55,443 bases of DNA from a virus (taxonomy: Duplodnaviria; Caudoviricetes): positions 1-55,443 of the IMG/VR virus record IMGVR_UViG_3300023202_000273. One strand, 5' to 3'. Both the position numbers and the translations under genes were made by a program. Positions 34,109 through 42,869 of the stretch are shown piece by piece (position 1 is the first letter of the stretch; each line of letters starts with the position of its first letter). Below the pieces are notes generated by a model. It saw nothing but the letters and a program-made list of their open reading frames with translations. It did no database searches and was not told where the DNA came from.

Positions 34109-34495
34109 TTATCCAATCAGCGTAATGGTTCCATCGGCTGTGCCTGATGCGTATATCTTAGTTACCCGCAAATCACTTCTCCCCGCCGGCAGAGTGACGA
34201 CGAATTTATTTGCGGACCCGGGCTGCCCCTCTCCGGTCGACATGGGCAGGTCAAAGGCGACCGCCTGTGATGCATTCAGGATAATCCACCGTACCGGGAA
34301 CTCGGGTGTGTAGTCACCTGCTAAAACCGTGTCTGATCCACCAGACGCGAGGTCGTCCTCAATCGTTATCTCGCTGCTGGATATCGATATCTGCTGGGCA
34401 TAAACACCAAAGGTCTGAGCCCATTCAGCCATCGTTCCGGTCCCGTAACCATACGGGTTGATGTGTGCGCTTAACTGTTTGCCATCGTAATACAT
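34109..34495 (-). CDS. Virion structural protein (beta-rich)
   Basis: C-terminal VTKIYASGTA; operon position. Confidence 0.5.
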   Translation of the reverse strand: MYYDGKQLSAHINPYGYGTGTMAEWAQTFGVYAQQISISSSEITIEDDLASGGSDTVLAGDYTPEFPVRWIILNASQAVAFDLPMSTGEGQPGSANKFVVTLPAGRSDLRVTKIYASGTADGTITLIG

Positions 34496-34505
34496 ATCTG
34501 CTCCC

Positions 34506-34847
34506 CTATTTGTCGACGATCGCGCCGTCTATGTGTATGGTCATCCCTGCGGTATCCGCACGGGCTCTTACAGACTCGCCCTCCTCCAAAATCTTCCAGG
34601 TCGTATATTCCGACCGCCCCTTGGAGGCGACCTCATCCGGAGACCCCAGTGCAACGAGCCGGTTGTCATCGCCCACTGATCCCCCGTTGGCTACAAGATA
34701 CAACTCCCACTGTATCGCTCCGCCGCTTCCATTACAAACAGTGAGCGACCGTATCTCGGCCCGCTTCGCCGTGGGGACAGTATAAACTACTGGTGCGGGG
34801 TATGTTGTCGACAGTTCGCCGCGGTATAAACTCAGAGACTTAAACAC
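34506..34847 (-). CDS. Virion structural protein (jelly-roll-like)
   Basis: VYTVP...LTVCN...ILEEGESV pattern common in phage tail and head accessory proteins. Confidence 0.55.
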   Translation of the reverse strand: MFKSLSLYRGELSTTYPAPVVYTVPTAKRAEIRSLTVCNGSGGAIQWELYLVANGGSVGDDNRLVALGSPDEVASKGRSEYTTWKILEEGESVRARADTAGMTIHIDGAIVDK

Positions 34848-35078
34848 TCACCCTCCCATCATTAACGCACGCTCGCGCATCTCATCGTAATGGTCGAAAA
34901 CATCGCCACGAAAAGCACGCTGGCTGATGTCAACATTGTAATATGCCTCAATTTTAGACAAGCGACTGTCGAGATCGTTTTGGATTGTCGACTGATACTC
35001 AAAGTTTTTGTCAACAATGCTCAACGCCCTGCGCAGGTCTCCGTCGTGTTTCGCCGATCGTTCCGGATAAAATGGCAT
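34848..35078 (-). CDS. Small structural or hypothetical protein
   Basis: Abuts neighbours exactly. Confidence 0.55.
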   Translation of the reverse strand: MPFYPERSAKHDGDLRRALSIVDKNFEYQSTIQNDLDSRLSKIEAYYNVDISQRAFRGDVFDHYDEMRERALMMGG

Positions 35079-36241
35079 TAGTAAAAGGGAAGAAAAGCCT
35101 TCCCGGCGTTTAAGGTAACATCATCATAATACGAATTGCCAAATGATAATTCGCTAATAGATGAAGAAAGGTCAAAAATCCTGATGTCAAACACGCTTTC
35201 ACCTGCAGAAACAACTTGATCAGATGCCAACCCAACGGACCCAGTCGCCCAGAGAAGGTGCCATCCGTTTACTGTTTCCCCAAACTGAGTGAACGACTCA
35301 CCCGGGATCGGGGTTGTCGTCTTTGCCCACAGTGTGATGAGGTAATTACCGGACACCGCCGCATTAGCCAGCTCAAGATCGGCGCTCAAAATTGCCCCTG
35401 AAGAGTCAACGCCATCGGGTCCGTTAACTCGAGAGTATCCACCGGTGAGCGTCCCCTTTGTCACCCGATCATACTGGTAATCTGTCCTCGTGACAAATAC
35501 AACCAGATTATCCATGGCGGTGAGCATGTTGGTGTCCTCGGACATCTGCCGCTCCGTGGGGCCACCAGCCTTCATCTTGGCGATAAACGAATGCACCACG
35601 CCGGTTAAACGCGCCTCGCCGGCAGTTCCCTTGGAAACCAACTGGATCCGGCGGTTCTCTATTTTTGATCCGACGAAAACGATGTCACCATTATCAGGCA
35701 CATTCCGGGCGATGGACCGGTAATCGGTCTTCTCTCCGTCGATATATGCCTCAAGGGATATCTGCTGCATGCTGCGGATGCCAGCCGCGTCATACCCGGT
35801 TTCCCCGCGGTTGTCAGTATTATCCGGGCGCAGGTAAATATGCGTCTCATCATGCTCCAGTTTCCGGTGTTCGTGCTCCCGTGATACGACCTCCTCCGGA
35901 CCCCATTTTTCCCACGCGATCTCAGTGCCGCCGGTATCGGCCTCATCCTTATCGGTCGGCGGCGACTTCAGGTACTCGCGACGATCATACGTGTGATGCT
36001 CCCATATTTTACGGTCGTCACGGTCAATGACCAACAAACGAGGCACATTGTTCGAATCCATCAGGCGAACGATGCCACCAGAGTCGCCAGGATGGACCCA
36101 GTCGTTTCCGGTGTATTCTGACCACCCCTCGCCCTCGGTCTGGTCTGTGGCGAACCGCAGGCACTTCTTGAGGGCGAGATTTGCCGTGCCAGTGTCAGTG
36201 CTTTCTGATGCCGGCTGTGGATTTAAGTAAAACTGAAACAA
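35078..36241 (-). CDS. Structural protein, possibly the C-terminal half of the tail nozzle
   Basis: Beta-rich; starts with FQFYL...CLRF...GEGWSEY. Confidence 0.5.
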   Translation of the reverse strand: MFQFYLNPQPASESTDTGTANLALKKCLRFATDQTEGEGWSEYTGNDWVHPGDSGGIVRLMDSNNVPRLLVIDRDDRKIWEHHTYDRREYLKSPPTDKDEADTGGTEIAWEKWGPEEVVSREHEHRKLEHDETHIYLRPDNTDNRGETGYDAAGIRSMQQISLEAYIDGEKTDYRSIARNVPDNGDIVFVGSKIENRRIQLVSKGTAGEARLTGVVHSFIAKMKAGGPTERQMSEDTNMLTAMDNLVVFVTRTDYQYDRVTKGTLTGGYSRVNGPDGVDSSGAILSADLELANAAVSGNYLITLWAKTTTPIPGESFTQFGETVNGWHLLWATGSVGLASDQVVSAGESVFDIRIFDLSSSISELSFGNSYYDDVTLNAGKAFLPFY

Positions 36242-38191
36242 TTAGCTCGCTCCAATTACCAAAAACTCATCACCGCTCGACGGCGCATCTGTGAATGCCT
36301 CGGTCGATGATATGGTGATAAACCCATTCGGCTGCACAAACGTATCGATGAACCGGGTTTGGCCAGCGTTCGCACCCGTTAAGAACGTCAGCGACATGCG
36401 GTCAAACGTGCCGGCATCAGCCGCGAGGTTTGTCTGGAATGACAGCACCGTCGGCGAACCGCCACTCACCTCGCCCTTGGTTATACCGCTCGAATACAGC
36501 TCCCCAAGGCGCGTTGCCGGGGTGGCAGAACCATCTACCTGGATCACGTTGGCGTCAACCGGCTCCTGAGCAGTGATGCCGTCCTCAACCTCAGCCTGCA
36601 CTTCAGCCTTCATCGCGGTGCTCATCCCGCCCAGGTCGGTGAGACCTGCCCCAGCGGCACCCACTTGGGTCTGTAGATCCTGGGTGTCAACCTCTATTGC
36701 ATCGATGTTATCCTGGATCTCCTTGAGGACTCCATCACTCGGGGTAGAATCAGGCGTACCGGTGTCAGTAATACCGAGGACTGTTCTGATTTCAGTTTTC
36801 TCGTCGGTTGTCCAGTCCGTTCCGCTGCCGCCCGATGACGCCTCAAGCGAATCGGTTGTCGCGTCGTAGTCTGCCCCGCCATTGTCATCAGCCATCTTTG
36901 TGAGCATGCTGCCGATGGTAGCAGATCCACCATCCAGAGCAACGGGGGTTCCGATGTTTGTCTGGATGTCGTTCAGGGCGCCGTCGCTCGGGGACGAATC
37001 CGGAGTGCCGGTATCGGTAAGACCAAGTATTGTTCGAAGCTCATCCCAGACCAATTTCGAGTAGTCAGTCTCAAACGGGTTCATAATACCCGGATGAGCG
37101 TATATCGCGTCGATCAAATCGCCGCTGAGGTAATATGTGAACCCGTCAGACCGCAGGATGATAAAGGTCCACCCCTCATCCCCGCCAGACTCACTGAGAT
37201 TGGCTCCGCTCCAATTGGTGTTAATGACAGTAGTGCCGCCCTCGGTACACCCAAAGTACTCGGTAAGAGCTATACCGAAAACCCGCGTCGTCACATTGCC
37301 CGAGCCACGGTAATACCCGCCCACAATTACAGAGTGCTGCGATGCATTCTTACCGTCAATTGTCGCGCCCATAAGCTGATGAGGATCGAAGTCGTCCTCT
37401 GATGGGCTGGTAGATGACGTGAACAATGCCCCAAACACATTAGGGTATCCAGACCGCGTTATGTCCCCAGAGACAACCCCATTACGCTCATCAAGACCAG
37501 CCGGCAGTGGGAGGGGGATGACCAATGACCGGGTAAGCACCGTCAAATCCTGCGACAGTCCATCTTTAATCGCCTGCATTGAATCGGATGTGTTGTTGAA
37601 CGAATCCCAGTCGGCAGTTCCACTTTTCGACACCATCTGGGCGATAATTGAGTCATCAGCAACGTCTGCGCCGGCCACCGATGTTGAAACCAAGTGGTCA
37701 AGGCCAATGTCAGTCAGCGCCGTATCAACCTGGGTGTTAACCTCTGCCTGAGACACATCATTCAGTGCGTCGAGAGTAGTCTTTGATCCACTGATTGAAT
37801 ACCCGGTTTTATCGTTGCTCGTCCCGACTGTCACTTCGCCAGACGCATTAAACCCGTTCGCCGATGCACCATAAATGGCATCGTAGATCGCCTCCTCCAA
37901 TACGGTAAATTTACCGACCACAATCAATGCCCCGGAAACATTTATCGATACCGACAATTCACCCACCGTGTCGGTGTCGGTCGCATCGAAATCGAACGAA
38001 TACATCCCGTTCACCCGGTGAGTACCACCGCCAGAGTTTTTATTCACCGATGCCGCGCCACCCTTTGACAGTTTGACGTCCGTGTTGCTGATCGTCAACC
38101 CCGTCTCCGGAGTTTTGAAATCGGTGTCGTCAACAAATGGGCCAAGAATACGGCCCTGAGACGCGGTAGACTGCTTTAAAAATCCATGCAT
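36242..38191 (-). CDS. Tail fibre/appendage protein
   Basis: Acidic D/T/S-rich; duplicated ELRTILGLTDTGTPDS unit; C-terminal FLTGANAGQTR...APSSGDEF. Confidence 0.6.
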   Translation of the reverse strand: MHGFLKQSTASQGRILGPFVDDTDFKTPETGLTISNTDVKLSKGGAASVNKNSGGGTHRVNGMYSFDFDATDTDTVGELSVSINVSGALIVVGKFTVLEEAIYDAIYGASANGFNASGEVTVGTSNDKTGYSISGSKTTLDALNDVSQAEVNTQVDTALTDIGLDHLVSTSVAGADVADDSIIAQMVSKSGTADWDSFNNTSDSMQAIKDGLSQDLTVLTRSLVIPLPLPAGLDERNGVVSGDITRSGYPNVFGALFTSSTSPSEDDFDPHQLMGATIDGKNASQHSVIVGGYYRGSGNVTTRVFGIALTEYFGCTEGGTTVINTNWSGANLSESGGDEGWTFIILRSDGFTYYLSGDLIDAIYAHPGIMNPFETDYSKLVWDELRTILGLTDTGTPDSSPSDGALNDIQTNIGTPVALDGGSATIGSMLTKMADDNGGADYDATTDSLEASSGGSGTDWTTDEKTEIRTVLGITDTGTPDSTPSDGVLKEIQDNIDAIEVDTQDLQTQVGAAGAGLTDLGGMSTAMKAEVQAEVEDGITAQEPVDANVIQVDGSATPATRLGELYSSGITKGEVSGGSPTVLSFQTNLAADAGTFDRMSLTFLTGANAGQTRFIDTFVQPNGFITISSTEAFTDAPSSGDEFLVIGAS

Positions 38192-38192
38192 T

Positions 38193-39782
38193 TTAGTACG
38201 CTCCCATCATCTGGGCGTGGTGATACCATGCGGCACCTACTGCCGACGCGGCCCCAAAGTTTATGTTTGTGTTGCCACCAAGATCGGTATTTGATCCGTC
38301 TGTGGCATCTATCGTATTTGATGCGTCAGTGTCCTTCCACGAGGAACTCAGCATCGTCATCCCAGATGGATTTGCAAAAGTGAAATCGCTGCCGCCGCTG
38401 TCCGACTGCGTCGTTGTGCCATTCCAGTCGCCGCTGGTATAGTTGCTCAGGGTAAACGTTGTGCCGGCAGAAACGGTCATTGTCGTTGATGACGATCTAA
38501 TTAACCGATTTACGGTCATCGTCACATCTACATCGATACTCCCCGTAGAAGTAACTGCGGCGTCATATGTTTTTGTGCCGGCAGAGCTTACCGTAAAATC
38601 TATGCAGCTCATTGTGTTGCCATTCATATCGAAATTTCCGGAAGAATGTTCGAAATCTCCGAAGCTGGCAGCATCCTGAAGCGTCACGCCGTTAGAACTT
38701 TTATTAATCACGATGTCCGGTAACTGTTCGCCGTCACTCATGATGGTTGCGGCTGTAGCCCCGTCAAACTCAATTGACGCGGTACCAACGCTGTCGACGG
38801 TGGTACTTGCACCAAGATCAATAGACCCGCCCGTGTAAATGGTTGCGGATTCAAAATCGAGGTAGGCATCTCCTGAATCATACAGCGCTATAATCCCCTC
38901 CGACAGGTCAATTGTACCCCCGCCGAAGTTAATATTCATTCTATCACCACTGCTGTTGGACCCATAATCTATTCTTTTTGCGGTTATATCTTGCCCATTT
39001 AGATCATAGACGTTTGACGAAGTGTCACCATTATTGTTCTGCATTTCCAAAATACCAGAACCGGTTACTGCCCCAGTAAAAGTGTAACCCTTCGCATTAG
39101 AATCGTTGCAGAACATATTGACAGTTACACCGTCTCCAATATCCATGGCTGGCATTTGTATCGCTGCAGTACTGCTATTATTCCGTATCTGCAAAGACTG
39201 GCTTCCAGTTATACTGTGCCCTGCCTGTGTCGTAAATCCTGATTCGGTGCCATTATCCAGCCACACAGCCCACCGCTGAAGAATGTGTAGTGTCCCCGCC
39301 CCCACCGTTAGAGTATTCGATCTACCTAAATTAGTCCCATTCACCGTTGTTGTTTTTCCACTGGCCGCACAGGTGAGCTTGTTGAGATTTATGGATGGGT
39401 CGTTGATATCAAGTTCGCCGGTCCCCTGCAGTTCAATATCAGGAGTGCCACTTAGACTCATCCCGCTTTCAGTCGCGGTAAAATCCGCATCACCAGTAAT
39501 GATAATTTTAGATGGTGTGTTCCATGTCAGTGTACCAGCCGATCCATCAATGGATACATTGCCGGCCGACGTGATCGTATAGCCGTTAATATCCAGATTC
39601 TGATCCCAATTTGTGTTCATCGTCATAGACGCCCAAGACACATCTGCAGTAAGCTGACACCCTCCACTGGACGTGTTGTCAAATACAACATCGTCACCGG
39701 ATCCGGGCTTCACCCCACCCTGCCAGTTCGATGCCACTTCTGCATCGGTGCTTGTACCGCCATCCCATTTTATGGTTGCCAT
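38193..39782 (-). CDS. Beta-helix tail-spike/adhesin-like protein
   Basis: WDGG...ASNW.GG..PGSGDDVVF start; repeated DINGYTI, DLNGQDI and DMNGNTM. Confidence 0.65.
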   Translation of the reverse strand: MATIKWDGGTSTDAEVASNWQGGVKPGSGDDVVFDNTSSGGCQLTADVSWASMTMNTNWDQNLDINGYTITSAGNVSIDGSAGTLTWNTPSKIIITGDADFTATESGMSLSGTPDIELQGTGELDINDPSINLNKLTCAASGKTTTVNGTNLGRSNTLTVGAGTLHILQRWAVWLDNGTESGFTTQAGHSITGSQSLQIRNNSSTAAIQMPAMDIGDGVTVNMFCNDSNAKGYTFTGAVTGSGILEMQNNNGDTSSNVYDLNGQDITAKRIDYGSNSSGDRMNINFGGGTIDLSEGIIALYDSGDAYLDFESATIYTGGSIDLGASTTVDSVGTASIEFDGATAATIMSDGEQLPDIVINKSSNGVTLQDAASFGDFEHSSGNFDMNGNTMSCIDFTVSSAGTKTYDAAVTSTGSIDVDVTMTVNRLIRSSSTTMTVSAGTTFTLSNYTSGDWNGTTTQSDSGGSDFTFANPSGMTMLSSSWKDTDASNTIDATDGSNTDLGGNTNINFGAASAVGAAWYHHAQMMGAY

Positions 39783-39788
39783 ATATGC

Positions 39789-40133
39789 CTACAGCGCGAA
39801 TGCGTTCCATGTTTCTGTCTGTGCGGCGTAGGCGAAACTTTTTCCACCGCCATCAGCCTTTACTGCGGCAAGTGCGACTGCCGGATCATCCTTAGTGCCA
39901 ACCGCAGACTGTAAGCTCGAATTTGTCAACACGGACAGTGAATAGAGATACATGTTCACGCGGTTCAGAAACACATGGTTGCGTGCAAACACGACATCCC
40001 TCTCCTGTCCGGCATCGAGTGATCCCATATCATACTTGGATACAACCTGGGTCGCCTTTTCGATCATCTGAAAACGCACCTCTTCCTGGAATGTCTTGTC
40101 TTCCGCCAAAGCGACCAAATGTGATTCTGCCAT
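39789..40133 (-). CDS. Hypothetical tail-associated protein
   Basis: Packed ORF with RBS. Confidence 0.55.
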   Translation of the reverse strand: MAESHLVALAEDKTFQEEVRFQMIEKATQVVSKYDMGSLDAGQERDVVFARNHVFLNRVNMYLYSLSVLTNSSLQSAVGTKDDPAVALAAVKADGGGKSFAYAAQTETWNAFAL

Positions 40134-40134
40134 G

Positions 40135-40380
40135 TTATGTTCCTTTCAAAAATTGTGCAAGCAGTATAACCAACTGGATGATAATTGAAAGCATCCCTCC
40201 CATAACCCAGTAGGTCATGTGCTGCAAGTTTTTTCTCAGAGGGTTAACTCCCTCTGTCCATAATTTGTCGTGCTCGTTTCTGCCTGTTTCAGCCACAGTA
40301 TCTATATCCCTTTCTGCCTCGGACATCCTATATAAAAGTGTCTTATAGTCAAACGGGCACTTTTCACAAGTGTCTGCCAT
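40135..40380 (-). CDS. Membrane-anchored coiled-coil protein (XhlA/holin-like)
   Basis: C-terminal transmembrane segment WVMGGMLSIIIQLVILLA; start at MADTCEK. Confidence 0.5.
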   Translation of the reverse strand: MADTCEKCPFDYKTLLYRMSEAERDIDTVAETGRNEHDKLWTEGVNPLRKNLQHMTYWVMGGMLSIIIQLVILLAQFLKGT

Positions 40381-40381
40381 G

Positions 40382-41365
40382 CTATCTCCAGTCCACAAAT
40401 ACCCTCGTTGCCCTATATTGTTCAACGGTCATTTCAATTGAATCCCTCGGTATTACCGGTCTTTTGCATTTAAGAACGGCGTCTTGGTCCAGCAGCGCCA
40501 CCATGCCGGCTTTAAACGAATCGGCCTTCTCCTGGTCGAGGGACATCGTGCCGTCAGAGTTTGGCACAAAATGGCGGTTTACCAATATCGCCGCACTTCT
40601 GCGCATTATCGATGACACCCGTACAAGCTCCGTCTCAAGTTTTACTATATTGTCAACGACATCCATCGGAAGCGTCGTATTTGTCAGGACGTTAAAAGCG
40701 CCGAAAATCTGAGTCTTTTCGGGATTTATCATGTTGTCAATACTTGTAGTGATGTCACCATATTTGACATTGATCTCATCAACAAGGTGCTCTACCCTGA
40801 TGTCCGCATTGCAGTACACCGAAAGGCCAACATCTTTTGCCCGCATGCAGAAATCAACATCGTCGGTGACCACCGCCCGCTCATCGCCATGCTCGATCAC
40901 CCGCGCCCCGAAAAAAGGAAACTCGATCCCCTCTGCAGCAGGGCGAGAAATGTATAGCATGCCGGTCCCATGCCAGTCGACCTCGACAATCCCCTTCTGA
41001 TCAACCGGCAAAAAATCACCGTTCCATCCTGCCCCTTTTCCCTTGTCAAAATAACCGGCACAAAGTCTGTTTTTATACGCCTGCCGGTAAGCCCCTCCGA
41101 TAATATTCCGACCGCTTTCAACCAATGCGTCCAACTGCGATACCGTAAACTCCATGTCGTGGTCGATCGTTATGTAGCCATCAAAATCACCAAGTACTTT
41201 TTTATGCGGATCTTCTGACATCAGAGAGTTTCTCGCGCTCGATATGTAAGTGCTCGACGCCCTGGCGCATACGTACCGACCAGTCTCGGTGGCCCGCTTG
41301 ATCGACAATTCAGTCTGCGGGCTAATCATTTCGTGCTTGTAGTACGGTAAACATATTTTAACCAT
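40382..41365 (-). CDS. GT2-like glycosyltransferase fused to a C-terminal helical domain
   Basis: ISSARN, ITIDHDM, GTGMLYI, DDVDFC and VEH motifs. Confidence 0.7.
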   Translation of the reverse strand: MVKICLPYYKHEMISPQTELSIKRATETGRYVCARASSTYISSARNSLMSEDPHKKVLGDFDGYITIDHDMEFTVSQLDALVESGRNIIGGAYRQAYKNRLCAGYFDKGKGAGWNGDFLPVDQKGIVEVDWHGTGMLYISRPAAEGIEFPFFGARVIEHGDERAVVTDDVDFCMRAKDVGLSVYCNADIRVEHLVDEINVKYGDITTSIDNMINPEKTQIFGAFNVLTNTTLPMDVVDNIVKLETELVRVSSIMRRSAAILVNRHFVPNSDGTMSLDQEKADSFKAGMVALLDQDAVLKCKRPVIPRDSIEMTVEQYRATRVFVDWR

Positions 41366-41381
41366 TTTGTCCTCCTGAGAC

Positions 41382-42860
41382 CTATGTTAATGCTGCGACA
41401 TCATACCATGTGCCGCCGTTAGACATTTTCAGTGTTCCATTTGCACTTTCATTTAGATCAAGCCAGAATTCCGCTGTGCCTGCTGAGAATGGTGCCGTGT
41501 TGCCGGAGTAGCACTGTATTGTTGCCGACGAACCGGTTACCTTCAGGCCCTCTGCGGTAAACTCAACATTCTTAGTGCCATCGACATGCATCGATACGAT
41601 GCCGCCGGAAGTGGCATGAAGCTCAACATCTGATACGTCAAACACAGAATCTGGATCACCAATTTTTACCGATATGCTACCGGGCGTTCCGGTGGCATGT
41701 TCTCCGCGGAAAAACACATTGTTGTTTTGATTCATCTCCACTTTATCAGAATCGCCGATTGACATAAAGATATCATCGGTCGCCAAAAGACTGAGGCCTC
41801 CAGAGGAGGCTTCAATAGTCAGATCCCCGGATGCCAGCTCAATCAAGTGGTCCGCTCCGCTTTCACTGATCTCGAAATCGCTGGCCATCTTGAACGAATT
41901 GCCGGTCACTATGGTGAAGTCGCTAAAATTAACCTTGGCAACCGTCGTGTCAAAGTGAGAAAAAGCAATCGCCTCGCCGGTCTCGCTGTTCAGCCTCAAT
42001 ACACGATTCGATGCGCTTATGCGGTAATCAAACCCGCCCGCGCTTTCTATTTTGAACGAAGCGCCGGCAATATTTACATTGTCATCGTAGATCGTTATTC
42101 CGTTGTTCGACGTGTCTGAATACATGCTTATTGATTCAGTGGCCCCAACAGTCACAACCAGGTCGCGACCGCCAGAAACATCGATGTCGAACTCGCCAGC
42201 CCCATCCTCCGAAAACGTAACGTCGGTCCCTATTTTGAAGTCCCCAAAAACAGTTACAGCGCCGCTGGTCAACCCGCCTGCAATCCGAAGTATCTCTGTG
42301 CTCACCGCACTGACATCACCATAAATGCTCACATCGCCGTCTGATCCGCTTTTTATGTCAACGTCGATAAAAGCGGATCCGCCCTCCCCGCCTCCAAGAG
42401 TCAGGACACCCGCAGATGTATCAAATTCAATCATCCGACCATCGGCAGAGTCAAGGCGGTAGTCGTTCCCGCTAACATCGATTACATAGTTTTTGCTTGA
42501 CGTAGATACTGCGTATTCTGCCGACGACCCATCATACGTCACATCGTCATGGACAAAATCAACATCAGCACCGAGCGTCATTACCTCGGTGTCTGTATCA
42601 TATGCGAGTTTAGAGTCAAAAGAAATTTCGGACGTGGTTCCGTCTTTGACAAACGGCACGTATCCTTTCCCGTACGACGTGGAGGCGTTGACCCTCAAGT
42701 CCGCATAGTAGTCGCTCCCGCCGGTCGGTCGCCAAACGCTGCGGAGCGAATCTGATCCCCAGCCATGTTGCCCCGGCTGCAGCCCCAGTTCAACAAGGCT
42801 GGGCGTTTTTAGCTGTGCCTCGGTCGCCTCTATCTGCAAAATCTGTCTTGGTGATGCCAT
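41382..42860 (-). CDS. Tail fibre-like protein
   Basis: Repetitive beta-strand, S/G/D-rich; C-terminal GTLKMSNGGTW. Confidence 0.6.
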   Translation of the reverse strand: MASPRQILQIEATEAQLKTPSLVELGLQPGQHGWGSDSLRSVWRPTGGSDYYADLRVNASTSYGKGYVPFVKDGTTSEISFDSKLAYDTDTEVMTLGADVDFVHDDVTYDGSSAEYAVSTSSKNYVIDVSGNDYRLDSADGRMIEFDTSAGVLTLGGGEGGSAFIDVDIKSGSDGDVSIYGDVSAVSTEILRIAGGLTSGAVTVFGDFKIGTDVTFSEDGAGEFDIDVSGGRDLVVTVGATESISMYSDTSNNGITIYDDNVNIAGASFKIESAGGFDYRISASNRVLRLNSETGEAIAFSHFDTTVAKVNFSDFTIVTGNSFKMASDFEISESGADHLIELASGDLTIEASSGGLSLLATDDIFMSIGDSDKVEMNQNNNVFFRGEHATGTPGSISVKIGDPDSVFDVSDVELHATSGGIVSMHVDGTKNVEFTAEGLKVTGSSATIQCYSGNTAPFSAGTAEFWLDLNESANGTLKMSNGGTWYDVAALT

Positions 42861-42869
42861 GGTTATCCT

